Of a stretch of DNA of 64,000 nucleotides, positions 25,597 through 35,743 are shown in pieces. Origin of the DNA: a virus; IMG/VR virus record IMGVR_UViG_3300009159_000033; one strand, given 5' to 3'. Under the pieces are notes generated by a model that searched no databases, was not told the DNA's origin, and saw only the letters and a program-made list of their open reading frames with translations. Position 1 is the stretch's first letter; the number at the start of each line of letters is the position of its first letter. The position numbers and the translations under genes are program-made.

Positions 25597-26547
25597 ATGC
25601 CGAATGAAAGTATTAATCAAAATAATCTTAGACCCAAACAGACTTTGGTAGATGGCTGCCCTGTGCTGGCTAAAATTCAGTGCCATGAAATTCAAATGGG
25701 GCAGTATGCTCGTTTGCTCTGGAATTTAAAAGATCCGCAAGGAATCGTTGTAGATTTATCCGCAGTTGCAAGTTGTTCCGATAGTGCTGCGATTAGCCAG
25801 CCTAATGTTTCTTTCGATGATGTTGGTAACCCACCTTGTGGTGTTACTTTGCGTATGCGGGAGTTGACAGGCATTGACCCAGTTAACGACCCAATTTATT
25901 CCATAGATGTTACTATCCTCAACCCTGCTACTGGGCTGGTGCGTGCGGATGCCCTACCTGATGACATTGTACGAAATCCTGGAGTGTACATGGAGGAGTG
26001 GGCGGTATTTGATTCTAATGGCAACATGCTATTTAGTAATCAAAGCTGTGCTTTTGTAAGGCGTGGTTTGTTTGGTGTAAGCGATGATATGACTAAGCGA
26101 ACGCTAGGGCCTCCTACAATTGAAGAAATACGCTTGTCTATGCGAGATAATGGCCCAGCAGATAACTCTTTGTTAGACGATGTAGAGTTTGATGCAGCTG
26201 AAATTACACAAGCGGTTTTGCGACCAATTATGTATTGGAATGAAACTCCACCACCTATCCAGCCTTTGCTTACTACAAAAACATTTCCTTTTAGAGAGAT
26301 GTGGATGGTTGGGATTCAGTCGTATCTATTCGATATGGTATCTAGCCACTATCGTCGTAATCAGCTTGCCTACAACGCAGGTGGGTTATCTATTGACGAT
26401 AAGAATAAAGAACAACAATACCGAGCAGCAAGCAATCAGCTGACCCAGCAATTTAGAGAAATGCTCCGTGCTAAGAAGATGGAAATTAATATCGGGTTGT
26501 TTTCTGGCAACTTAAATTCAAGTTATTCTGGCATCTTCTATAACTAA
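25597..26547 (+). CDS. Putative head-tail adaptor (neck) protein
   Basis: N-terminal beta domain plus helical C-terminal region (PPTIEEIRLSMRD..YRRNQLAYNAGGLSIDDKNK); first gene after the head block. Confidence 0.55.
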   Translation: MPNESINQNNLRPKQTLVDGCPVLAKIQCHEIQMGQYARLLWNLKDPQGIVVDLSAVASCSDSAAISQPNVSFDDVGNPPCGVTLRMRELTGIDPVNDPIYSIDVTILNPATGLVRADALPDDIVRNPGVYMEEWAVFDSNGNMLFSNQSCAFVRRGLFGVSDDMTKRTLGPPTIEEIRLSMRDNGPADNSLLDDVEFDAAEITQAVLRPIMYWNETPPPIQPLLTTKTFPFREMWMVGIQSYLFDMVSSHYRRNQLAYNAGGLSIDDKNKEQQYRAASNQLTQQFREMLRAKKMEINIGLFSGNLNSSYSGIFYN

Positions 26548-26563
26548 CACAGCGGAGCTTGAT

Positions 26564-27430
26564 ATGTATAACAACTGCGAAACAGATCAATGCCCGCCTT
26601 CCTGTGAAAATGTTTTTGATATGGTGCATGTCTCGTATTTAATACGAGGTGGCACCCATGTTATGTGGTCACTGCTCCCCACTTTTTTAGACCCCACCCC
26701 TTGGACTTTTCAATTACAAGTAGGTCATGGTGGCACTTCGACTGCGGATGACTGGGAGAATGTTGGGCTTCCTCTCGTTAATGCCTGCTACGCAATTGAT
26801 CCAGGGCAAGCAACCTACAGTGTTATAACTTTACCCGTTTATTATAGGGTTAAGCTAACCACCTCTGTTGGAGTCTACTATTCCGATCCAGTTGCAAAAG
26901 CGGGTATTCTGTCTGTTAGAGACTGGAGAATAGCAAAAGAAATTGTGAGGAAAGAAAAGCTAAGGTTTAAACATATTTCACAAGATGGGTATTTGTTAAA
27001 GCGTAGAGCAATGGGAGATAATTGCCCCATATGTTCTGATTTTCAAACTTTAGAAGTTACCAACCCTTACTGCCCTCAATGCTGGGGAACCGGCAAAGAG
27101 TGCGGTTATTTTTATCCAGTTGGTTGCATTTGGGCTGACTTTTCTCCGCAATCACAGAACATGAATATAGATGACCAAGGTATGCGAGGTACGATTCAAG
27201 ACATTAAAGTATCCGCACGAATGCTAATGTTACCTTTAATTAGTGAACAGGATGTATGGGTCAATCGTAAAACAGATGACCGCTATTACATACAGTCTAT
27301 TCAACACACTGCTGAGATAAGAGGCGTACCCTTAATTGCTAATGTAGAACTACGCCCTGCCCCATTTTCGGATGTGGTTTATAAAATTGCGATACCGCAG
27401 CAAGATGAATGGTTAGAATCCTTAACCTGA
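26564..27430 (+). CDS. Putative head closure/neck protein with a CxxC..CxxC insertion
   Basis: CPIC..CPQCWGTG; DVWVNRKTDDRYYIQSI; position. Confidence 0.5.
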   Translation: MYNNCETDQCPPSCENVFDMVHVSYLIRGGTHVMWSLLPTFLDPTPWTFQLQVGHGGTSTADDWENVGLPLVNACYAIDPGQATYSVITLPVYYRVKLTTSVGVYYSDPVAKAGILSVRDWRIAKEIVRKEKLRFKHISQDGYLLKRRAMGDNCPICSDFQTLEVTNPYCPQCWGTGKECGYFYPVGCIWADFSPQSQNMNIDDQGMRGTIQDIKVSARMLMLPLISEQDVWVNRKTDDRYYIQSIQHTAEIRGVPLIANVELRPAPFSDVVYKIAIPQQDEWLESLT

Positions 27431-27437
27431 GATACTT

Positions 27438-27707
27438 ATGCCATATATACCAAGATCAATATCACCCAGCACTCCTGACTTTGGTAATGCACCCCGTGCC
27501 CCTTCTCGAGCAAGTGCAGAGAAGCCAGCTGTGCCTTATATTAAACCCGAGGTTGCTACCGATAGAAAACCAAGCTCACTAATAGGTAGGCTGAGTATGC
27601 TGAAATTTGATGTTCCAGCAACTAAGATTTACAAACACATAACTAGTAAGGAGTTAGACATCGATGAATACAGCAGAATGGTGTCCACCAAGCGTACCCC
27701 CTCCTGA
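27438..27707 (+). CDS. Small hypothetical protein
   Basis: 89-aa Pro-rich ORF; overlaps the next ORF by 44 nt. Confidence 0.4.
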   Translation: MPYIPRSISPSTPDFGNAPRAPSRASAEKPAVPYIKPEVATDRKPSSLIGRLSMLKFDVPATKIYKHITSKELDIDEYSRMVSTKRTPS

Positions 27708-28395
27708 GCGAGATGCTCAAAAAGTCCAGAGCACAGTTGATATTAGCTACTTATGTGACAATGGGTGGCAGCCTTTACTTATCACCGGTTTTCTGCGTGA
27801 TTTGTTAATTAGGCAATGGTCTAATCCTACAAACATTATTAGTCCAGAAATGAAACAATATGTATGGAAAGAACAAGTCAACTCGGGTATACTCATCGAA
27901 AGTGTGTATCGTTATAGACCTGACCTTGTTGAAAAACGACCAGCTATAATGATAAAACGCAATGCTTTTAAGGATACGCCCCTTGGTTTAGGCGGTGGGT
28001 TTATCTTTGGAGGCGGAGAAGCGGCATACGAAACCGAAAAGGGTGCGATTACTCGGCATGCAACAATGTTTGTTGGGTCGCATACTCTTTTCTGCATCCA
28101 TGGAACGGGTGCTTCAACAGAGATTCTGGCTGCGGAGGTCCTAGGGCAACTGATTGCCTGCATGTGGCCGATTCGCCAGAACCTTGGACTGAGAAACTTC
28201 TCGGTCACCGATGTAGGGGCTATTCAAGAACTTGAAGAGTCCACGGAAAATTATGTGATTCCTATAACTGTTGGATGGGCTTACGAGCACGTCTGGCAGC
28301 TTAAAAACGAATCACTGCCGATGCAAGGTTTTTCTTTCACTGGATCACTGGACGGGGGTCAAGTCAATCTAAGCTCTCGGTACCAAGGACCATAA
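27664..28395 (+). CDS. Putative tail terminator/completion protein
   Basis: Directly upstream of the sheath gene; alpha/beta pattern. Confidence 0.5.
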   Translation: MNTAEWCPPSVPPPERDAQKVQSTVDISYLCDNGWQPLLITGFLRDLLIRQWSNPTNIISPEMKQYVWKEQVNSGILIESVYRYRPDLVEKRPAIMIKRNAFKDTPLGLGGGFIFGGGEAAYETEKGAITRHATMFVGSHTLFCIHGTGASTEILAAEVLGQLIACMWPIRQNLGLRNFSVTDVGAIQELEESTENYVIPITVGWAYEHVWQLKNESLPMQGFSFTGSLDGGQVNLSSRYQGP

Positions 28396-28426
28396 CTCTT
28401 ATACATTCTTAGGCAGGAGGCCACTA

Positions 28427-31234
28427 ATGGCAACTTATGTTCTTCCGCAAGTTCTTGTTTTCCAAGATTTTACTATTCAACCCGCTGCAGCAGCTAACCC
28501 GCTGTCAGCACATATCTCTGGCGGTCATGCCAAACTCGTTCGTTACAGCGATGAAAACGAAAGAGAATTTGGTAACTTAGGCTTTTATGACGAAGGCACA
28601 TCCGCTGCTTTCCCTTGGCCTGAGCGTCCAGCTGGTGCCGTGGTTGACGAAAGCTATACCAAACTATTTATCAAAGATGCTTTGTTAAAGTATTTTTCTG
28701 ATCCAGCTACCAGCGGTTTCTACTTGGCAAAAGTACATAACTACCGTAACCGAATTCACTCAAGCTGTGTGAATTTTGTTTCCAGCGGTAGCTATGCACG
28801 CAATGCTGTGTTTGGCAACCGTGATGTAAAAATTGGTGATGTTATTCGAGTGCGTGGAGTTGCAGATGGTCCCGGAGCTACTGCTGATGTACTTACCTTA
28901 TGGACTTATGTCCGTGGGTTTGTTGCAAATGTAGTTGCCTCTTCCATCGATACTCCAATCGCAGCCTCTACCAATAAAGCCACTCAAAGTGGTTCTTCCG
29001 TTGCAGTACGCACCACTGGTGTGGCTAACTCTATCACTATCACACCTTCTGGTACCTACAATGGATTACCTTCCGGTGTAATCAACGAAGTCTACACTCT
29101 TACGGTTTTAGATGGTTCCATCGGTGGAGACTTGTCTACCGCACGTTTCCGTGTAACTTCTGCAAGTGGTACTGATAATCAGTCCTCCTTGTCAGTAGAT
29201 GGTGCAACTGCAGTTGGAACACGTGGTTTGCTTGTAACTTTTGGTAGCACCGTTACTATCCCTTCTGCCGCAGCTTCTGCAGCAGCTGGCGTTAGCGATG
29301 TTGATATCCTTGAGGGGCAAGTGTTTACCATGACAGTTTCACAGACATTCGATGCTCCTACATCGACATCTTGCGGAACTTATGTAAGCAACTCAGACAC
29401 CAATTATGTAGTAACAGTTACTAAAGGTGGTGCTTGGTCTGCTCATCCTGAGATTTCTGTTTCTACCACTGATGGTGTTGATCAAAGTGGCCCTTCCGTA
29501 ATCGCTGACAACACCTGTCTTGCGATTGGAACTCGTGGTGTGTCATTCAAATTGACTAGCACTGCAGGTTTACGCAAAGGCGACAAATTTTATGTTCAAG
29601 CCAATGGCACCAGCGATGGTCCAATTCGCACCATTATACTTGGGGATAATCTAGATCAGACCTTTGGCGGTTGTGAAGAAGTTGGAGTTGATCTGTACAT
29701 TCGCAAGCCACTTCTTGAAGTGACTGCAAATCGTACTGGTATGGCTCCTCTTACCAACTGGGAACAGTCTGATGTTGAGTTTACTGTAAAATCCGGAATT
29801 GTAGCTTACGATGCTGAAATCGGTACTGCTACACCTTTGGATGTCTACTCTTCTGCAGAAGCAGGCTATGGTGAACTGTATCTTGAATATCGTTGTTGGT
29901 TACCCGACTTGGCTGGCATGGTAAACAGCATTGCTGATGTAGGTAACATTGATGATATCTATGGTTCTTTGACTCCTGACAATCCTCTTAAATGGGGCGT
30001 GTTCAAGGCTCTATCCAACAGCAATGGTACTCCTGTGCTTTACACCGCAGTTAACGATCCTAACAATGTTAACTACTGGGATGAAGTGCTAGAAGTGTTG
30101 TTAAGCCGAGATGATGCCTACAACTTGGTGCCATTGACCAACAACGCAACAGTACTTGACTTGTTCCAAGCTCATGTTAGTAGTTGCTCCTCCGCCTCCG
30201 AAGGACTTTGGCGAGTGCTTTGGGCAAACTTGCAAGGCATTCCTGAAGTTCCAATCGTGGCAGCTGGCTCTACCATACCTAACCATATGGAAGCAACCAG
30301 CATCGATGGGGAACTTGTTTTAGCTAGATTTGAAGCTGATCCCACTACTGTTGCAGTTGATTACACCATTGTTTATGTTCCCGCAGGTAACGCTGGGTTC
30401 GAAAGAAATGGCGTAAGACCTGGTGACATCGTGCGTGGGTTGTACACTGGCGATGGCTTCGGCAACTACACCTACAGCGAATTTGTTGTAGATGAAGTTC
30501 AGTCTGAAGGTCAACTTCGAATTAAGACTGGTCCTGCTGTAGAACAGTTGGTCCCATCCAAAATCGAAGTTTGGCGCAATCTTTCTAACAGCGAAGAAGC
30601 TGTAGAAATCGCTAAGAGTGCAGGTGCTTATGGTGACCGACGTGTTAGAGCCACATGGCCTGACCGCATCGAATCATCGGGTACCATTCAATCAGGTTAC
30701 TTTTTGAATGCAGCACTTGCTGGCTTGTCTTCTGCCGTGCTTCCACAACAAGGTTTGACCAATGTGGAAATTTCTGGATTTTCCAGCACACAACGGACAA
30801 ACGACAAGTTTAACAAGCCTCAGCGAGATATCTTAGCTCTTTCTGGTGTATGGGTTGTACAACAGGATGCTGTTGGCCAAATTCATACTCGTCATGCTGT
30901 AACCACTGGTGACTACGCAGACATCAATCAGCGTGAAGAAATGCTTACTCGCAATGTGGATAGCATTAGCTATCGCTTCAAGGATTACTTTGCTCCATTT
31001 ATTGGTGTTACTAATGTAACCCCATCAATGGAAGATATTATCCTTGGTGGCATGGGCAAGCTAATTCGTACTTTGCGAATTGAGCGAACTACCCCCAATC
31101 TTGGTGGTCAGTTGATTAGCGCAACGGTTGAACGGTTCTTTGTTTCTGAATTGTTTAAAGATCGTTATGTTGCTTACATTAACTTGGAAGTACCATACGC
31201 ATTAAACAACATTGAATTACACCTTGTAGTTTAA
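28427..31234 (+). CDS. Contractile tail sheath protein
   Basis: MATYVLPQVLVFQDF start; C-terminal sheath domain (AALAGLSSAVLPQQGLTN, LSGVWVVQQ..IHTRHAVTT, RNVDSISY, INLEVPYALNNIELHLVV). Confidence 0.88.
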   Translation: MATYVLPQVLVFQDFTIQPAAAANPLSAHISGGHAKLVRYSDENEREFGNLGFYDEGTSAAFPWPERPAGAVVDESYTKLFIKDALLKYFSDPATSGFYLAKVHNYRNRIHSSCVNFVSSGSYARNAVFGNRDVKIGDVIRVRGVADGPGATADVLTLWTYVRGFVANVVASSIDTPIAASTNKATQSGSSVAVRTTGVANSITITPSGTYNGLPSGVINEVYTLTVLDGSIGGDLSTARFRVTSASGTDNQSSLSVDGATAVGTRGLLVTFGSTVTIPSAAASAAAGVSDVDILEGQVFTMTVSQTFDAPTSTSCGTYVSNSDTNYVVTVTKGGAWSAHPEISVSTTDGVDQSGPSVIADNTCLAIGTRGVSFKLTSTAGLRKGDKFYVQANGTSDGPIRTIILGDNLDQTFGGCEEVGVDLYIRKPLLEVTANRTGMAPLTNWEQSDVEFTVKSGIVAYDAEIGTATPLDVYSSAEAGYGELYLEYRCWLPDLAGMVNSIADVGNIDDIYGSLTPDNPLKWGVFKALSNSNGTPVLYTAVNDPNNVNYWDEVLEVLLSRDDAYNLVPLTNNATVLDLFQAHVSSCSSASEGLWRVLWANLQGIPEVPIVAAGSTIPNHMEATSIDGELVLARFEADPTTVAVDYTIVYVPAGNAGFERNGVRPGDIVRGLYTGDGFGNYTYSEFVVDEVQSEGQLRIKTGPAVEQLVPSKIEVWRNLSNSEEAVEIAKSAGAYGDRRVRATWPDRIESSGTIQSGYFLNAALAGLSSAVLPQQGLTNVEISGFSSTQRTNDKFNKPQRDILALSGVWVVQQDAVGQIHTRHAVTTGDYADINQREEMLTRNVDSISYRFKDYFAPFIGVTNVTPSMEDIILGGMGKLIRTLRIERTTPNLGGQLISATVERFFVSELFKDRYVAYINLEVPYALNNIELHLVV

Positions 31235-31244
31235 TGTGGCCTTT

Positions 31245-31274
31245 ACTAGGGGGCCAGCCAGCCCCCTAGTTTTT
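31245..31274 (+). terminator. Intrinsic terminator between sheath and tube genes
   Basis: ACTAGGGGGC-cagcca-GCCCCCTAGT followed by TTTT. Confidence 0.75.
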
Positions 31275-31335
31275 CCCTAGTGGCTAACCGCTATGAGTGG
31301 CTTTATAGCTTTATAATTTCAAGGAGTAATTTAAT

Positions 31336-31893
31336 ATGTCAGATATCTATCAAAGACAGAAGACGCAATTTGCTGGAGCTTTCGCATCGGATGTGGCTGC
31401 TCTTACATTTGCAGGTGCTACCACCGGACTAGGTATTGTGCAGAATGTTCAAATCTCATTTGCACAACAAGTCGCACGCATCTATGATGTTTCAAATGGT
31501 GGCTCCGCAGGTGGGCTAGGTGCGGGTACTGTTCCTGTGTTCTATGTGGGAGGTCGTACACAAGGCCAAGGAACGATTGCTCGAATACTTGGACCACAGT
31601 CAGGAGCACTTTGCGATTTTTACCTAGCAATGGGTAATGTTTGTGCCCCCCAAGATTTGACATTCACCTTTGCGGGTGGCTGTGGTCTTACGGGCGTGGG
31701 AAAGCAAGATAAGCCTACTCCTCCTGTAGCACTTAAAAATGCTGTTGGTACTGGTACTTTTAACAAAGTGGCTTACACCATCTCGGGTGCGCTGATGACT
31801 AACATTGGCGTTACTGTAGGTTCGCAGGACATGCTTGTAAATGAAAATATTACACTCATGTTTGCAAACCTAGATTGTGCAGTCGCTAAGTAA
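31336..31893 (+). CDS. Tail tube protein
   Basis: AAGGAG SD; follows the sheath gene; 185-aa beta protein (IVQNVQISFAQQVARIYDV..NENITLMF). Confidence 0.75.
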   Translation: MSDIYQRQKTQFAGAFASDVAALTFAGATTGLGIVQNVQISFAQQVARIYDVSNGGSAGGLGAGTVPVFYVGGRTQGQGTIARILGPQSGALCDFYLAMGNVCAPQDLTFTFAGGCGLTGVGKQDKPTPPVALKNAVGTGTFNKVAYTISGALMTNIGVTVGSQDMLVNENITLMFANLDCAVAK

Positions 31894-31911
31894 ATTCCGG
31901 ATTTTAAACCG

Positions 31912-31942
31912 ACTGGCTCAACTTCGGTTGGGCCAGTTTTTT
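31912..31942 (+). terminator. Intrinsic terminator with C(UUCG)G tetraloop
   Basis: ACTGGCTCAAC-TTCG-GTTGGGCCAGT followed by TTTTT. Confidence 0.9.
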
Positions 31943-31981
31943 GAGCTTTAAGCTCCAAACGCACCATAAGGTGAGACACAT

Positions 31982-34777
31982 ATGACATACAATGCAGGTT
32001 CTTCCGTTGATAATAAACCCGCAGTGTACAATGAAAAGTCCACGGGGGCTAATGCCGGAGACCTTGGTTTACTTTCTGCAATCCAATCTAAAGTGGATGC
32101 AGCTTCTCCTTGGGATCAGTTACTAAATGGCGGGCAAGTCAGTGACCCCAAAAATAATGCAGCCAACTACACAACTCCTTTAAACTCCGACTCACCTTTG
32201 CGCGTTGGTCGTGTGATCTTAGCCCTTCCTTATGTTCACTGTTACAAAGTTCAATTAACTGGAAGGCAAGGCACTTGCATCGCAACTGCTGTCTCTAACC
32301 ATTCTCGAACCCCGCTGGGGGTACGCTCAGGCGAAGTAATCCCACCTAATTCTAATGTGTTGATTTGGAAACCAGATACAGCTGAGCTAGCTTACATCTT
32401 AGCAATTATTCCTTCCCCTGTAATGCACGACGATTTTAATGCGTCAGATCATGTTCAGCAGGGTGGTAACTCTGGTGTCAAGAAGGTAGAAGCTTATCGC
32501 AATATTCCAAAATCAACGGCAATGGCTCATGGCTGGGTTTCCCAATCTTGTGGTAGGCCAATGGATGGGACTATCGGTGAATATGTCCGCATGTCTGAAA
32601 CAGGTATTGGGCTTCTAATTGATTCTTTTCAGACTTATCTACGAGTAAACGAAGCTTGTGGACTGTGGTTAAACTACTTTGATAATTACACCAAATTAGC
32701 TGGCTTGTCTTTAAACATCATGTCGTATTGCACCCATAATATACAGCAGTACGATGAAGGTGAAAACTTATCTATGATTGGGCATGCAACCTATCCGTGG
32801 GAAGCCACAGGAATGTATGCACCACAGCAAAGATTCACTAAAACCAACAGCCCAGAAGATGTTCAGTTAGACAGAGAATTCCCATTTGGAACAGAAGAAG
32901 TACAAGACCAAAGCCAAACTCCAATCTATCGCTTAACGGATTACACTGGTTATCTAGGGCAAGGGTTTAACCGCACATTAATGAAACCAGCTAAGAATAG
33001 TGGCAAAAGATTAATGACGGAGGCAGAGGCAGATAAAGATGTAGGGTTATTCCAAGAACTAATAGCACTAGATGGCAGTTATTCGGTAAGGTCTGCAAAA
33101 CAGATTCTATTGGCCAAATACCCATTAATTCCCAACCCTAGGCGCAAGCGGTTAGCGGAAGACGCTAAAGGTGATGATTATTTAGAAAGACCCGGTAAAG
33201 AGGAATACAAGTTTAGTGGAGTATATGGAGAGGGACCTGAGCACAAGGTTCGAGACTGGAAAGACCAAGATGTTTCTTTGCTTAAAAATATGCTACGACC
33301 CGCCGGCATTATGGATTTGCTTACACATCATTACAACTGGAAGTCTACTCATCCCTTTTCTTACCATAAAAGAGATTACGATTACCCAGAAGAAGGTGAC
33401 AACAATAGCCCGCTAACAGAGATTCGTTTTTACCGTGGGAGAATGTCTACAGCCTATGTTGAAATTAGCCCTAAGGTTATGAGGATTGATAGCCGATACC
33501 AAAATGTAAACTACTACAACACCGCAGCATTTATCACAATTGCAGAGGATGGCAGCATTGTTCTTGGTGACGGATATGGTTCGCAGCTTCTGATGGGTGG
33601 CGGACAAATTAGATTGGAGGCTGGTGGTGACATAATGTTGATGTCAGGTTCTCGTGTAGTGACATTAGCAAAAGAAGCAATAATTAGAGCTAAAGGCAGC
33701 GTAGATATTTCTTCAAATGAAAACGATGTTAGGATTAAAGCTGAGAATAATATGCAGCTGCTTGCCGGTAATTCTGGATCTGGTGGCATGCTTTTAGAAT
33801 CTAAAGGGCAAGGGTCTTCACAACTGTATGAAGGGCTTATTGGAGAGGAGGTTATAGCATCTGGAATCACACTGCTTAGCCGAGGTGGTTCGGTTAATGC
33901 TATGTCAAAAACTGCCTACATTCGCACAGGGGTAGAAGAAGGTGATCCAGAAGGCAGCGGGGATTTCATCATAGACTGTGCTAATGGGCGATCACGTGTA
34001 GTGTGCTATGGTAAAGCGTTTGACTTTTTCTGCTCAGAAGGGGTGGGTATATGGCATTCGCCGGTAGGCCAAGGGGCTACCCAGATGTCTTCATCTCACT
34101 ATTTTGGTCCTAGTTTTTCTAAGGTCCATGGTCCAACTGTTATGGATCGTAATGTGTGTATCGTTCAAAGAGGTAATCTTGGTGTAGACGGCAGCGTATA
34201 TGCTATAGGAGGCATGTACTGTCTTGAAAAAATGGCATGTTACAAAGCCATAGTTGGGGATAGCGATGAAGAAAAATTTATACGAGATATTAATAAATTT
34301 ATTAATGAATACGAGGTATTTTCTGAAAATGCTACCGACGCAGGAAACCCGATATTTCAAGGGTACTACCCTAACTATGCTTGGCTTCCTAAACAGCCGG
34401 GCGACAATAATTTACTAGGTAATCAAATTGGTTTTTCTTATAGGGATGAAGACAAAGCGGGCGGGACTTATGGTTATTCTACATTTTTTCTATTAGAAAC
34501 TAGATGGCAGCAATTAGAGCGTATGGGTATGCTGCAGTCTGCTGGGGAGCATTGGGCTGAAAATCCAGTGTTGTACCAAGGTGAGGATTTATACCCATGG
34601 CCTGGTAAAGCTAACTGGGTATCTGGGGATAAATTTGTAAGGTATAGTGCCGAAGATAAGTTTAAATTGTTTGGAACTAGTGCAGCAAAGAGTCGGGAAG
34701 GTTACAAAGAAGACTACGAAGAACCTAATTTTCCTGACTGGAAACTAGAACCATGTGACGGAAATTATTCACTCTAA
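31982..34777 (+). CDS. Putative baseplate central spike (gp5/VgrG-like)
   Basis: N-terminal OB-fold-like region (LRVGRVILALP..YKVQL..VIPPNSNVLI); beta-helix-like repeats (QIRLEAGGDIMLMSG..IIRAKGSVDISS..VRIKAENNMQLLAG). Confidence 0.6.
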   Translation: MTYNAGSSVDNKPAVYNEKSTGANAGDLGLLSAIQSKVDAASPWDQLLNGGQVSDPKNNAANYTTPLNSDSPLRVGRVILALPYVHCYKVQLTGRQGTCIATAVSNHSRTPLGVRSGEVIPPNSNVLIWKPDTAELAYILAIIPSPVMHDDFNASDHVQQGGNSGVKKVEAYRNIPKSTAMAHGWVSQSCGRPMDGTIGEYVRMSETGIGLLIDSFQTYLRVNEACGLWLNYFDNYTKLAGLSLNIMSYCTHNIQQYDEGENLSMIGHATYPWEATGMYAPQQRFTKTNSPEDVQLDREFPFGTEEVQDQSQTPIYRLTDYTGYLGQGFNRTLMKPAKNSGKRLMTEAEADKDVGLFQELIALDGSYSVRSAKQILLAKYPLIPNPRRKRLAEDAKGDDYLERPGKEEYKFSGVYGEGPEHKVRDWKDQDVSLLKNMLRPAGIMDLLTHHYNWKSTHPFSYHKRDYDYPEEGDNNSPLTEIRFYRGRMSTAYVEISPKVMRIDSRYQNVNYYNTAAFITIAEDGSIVLGDGYGSQLLMGGGQIRLEAGGDIMLMSGSRVVTLAKEAIIRAKGSVDISSNENDVRIKAENNMQLLAGNSGSGGMLLESKGQGSSQLYEGLIGEEVIASGITLLSRGGSVNAMSKTAYIRTGVEEGDPEGSGDFIIDCANGRSRVVCYGKAFDFFCSEGVGIWHSPVGQGATQMSSSHYFGPSFSKVHGPTVMDRNVCIVQRGNLGVDGSVYAIGGMYCLEKMACYKAIVGDSDEEKFIRDINKFINEYEVFSENATDAGNPIFQGYYPNYAWLPKQPGDNNLLGNQIGFSYRDEDKAGGTYGYSTFFLLETRWQQLERMGMLQSAGEHWAENPVLYQGEDLYPWPGKANWVSGDKFVRYSAEDKFKLFGTSAAKSREGYKEDYEEPNFPDWKLEPCDGNYSL

Positions 34778-34786
34778 GGAGCAACG

Positions 34787-35743
34787 ATGATTGATTTGAG
34801 CAGAATTTCTGAAGATGAACGACAGCTATTAGAAGAAGTAGCTAAGGCTAAAGGCCAGACTTTAGAAGAGGCATTGATTTCTCTTGGGCATGTTCCACCA
34901 CCTAAGCAAGATGTAAAGCTAAAAGATGTAAAGGTAGAATTCGTAGGGGTTAATGTTACAGAAGATACCGCTGAATCCCCTCCAATGGTTCTTGAGCCAC
35001 CTTTGCAAGTACAAACAGAAACTAGTGCAGCTATTGAAGATGCAGTTCCCAGCTTACCTAGTGATTTTGCCATACCTGAACCGCCTATGGCAGCCGATAC
35101 AGAACCAGAAGAAGATAAAACAGACGATGGACAATTAGGTTCTGCTCTGCATATTTGTCCTCAATGTGGCTGGGATTGTAACATGCCAGTTATTGAAGCT
35201 CCTAGCCACACAGATAAGCTTGGTTTTCTCCATATGCTGTTGGGACAAAAAGTATTTACCAAGCGTTACCTACTATACTCCGGTCATTTGCGCTTATCGT
35301 TACGATCATTAACACTGCGTGAAATCGATGTGCTATACCAAGAAACATTTAGGGCACAGAAGATGGGTGTTATAGCCACAGATCACGATTATTATGAATA
35401 TTTAAATAGGCTTAGACTTTACCTCCAGCTTACTAGCCTATCTGCACAACAAAGTGCCTTACACATTACATTACCAGATGGCTTAACTAAAGAAACGCAC
35501 CCTACTGCAGAATCGTTCTGGGATGTTTTCTTAAAAGAAAAAGGTTATTACAAGGAAGAAACAGACAATGGTCCAAGTCTTATAGACCAGATAAAAGACT
35601 ATGTTCTTACCAATGTATTATGCACAGAGCATCTTCATCGTATAGTTTCAAATACTTGCAGCAAATTTAATCGTTTAGTTGTCAAGCTGGAGGTGTGCGT
35701 TGACGACCCAAATTTTATGAACGAGATCGAGCAGCCATCCTAA
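34787..35743 (+). CDS. Tail assembly chaperone (lambda G-like, short form)
   Basis: Upstream of the tape measure; acidic N-terminus, CPQC; ends over the slippery site CCCAAATTTT. Confidence 0.6.
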   Translation: MIDLSRISEDERQLLEEVAKAKGQTLEEALISLGHVPPPKQDVKLKDVKVEFVGVNVTEDTAESPPMVLEPPLQVQTETSAAIEDAVPSLPSDFAIPEPPMAADTEPEEDKTDDGQLGSALHICPQCGWDCNMPVIEAPSHTDKLGFLHMLLGQKVFTKRYLLYSGHLRLSLRSLTLREIDVLYQETFRAQKMGVIATDHDYYEYLNRLRLYLQLTSLSAQQSALHITLPDGLTKETHPTAESFWDVFLKEKGYYKEETDNGPSLIDQIKDYVLTNVLCTEHLHRIVSNTCSKFNRLVVKLEVCVDDPNFMNEIEQPS

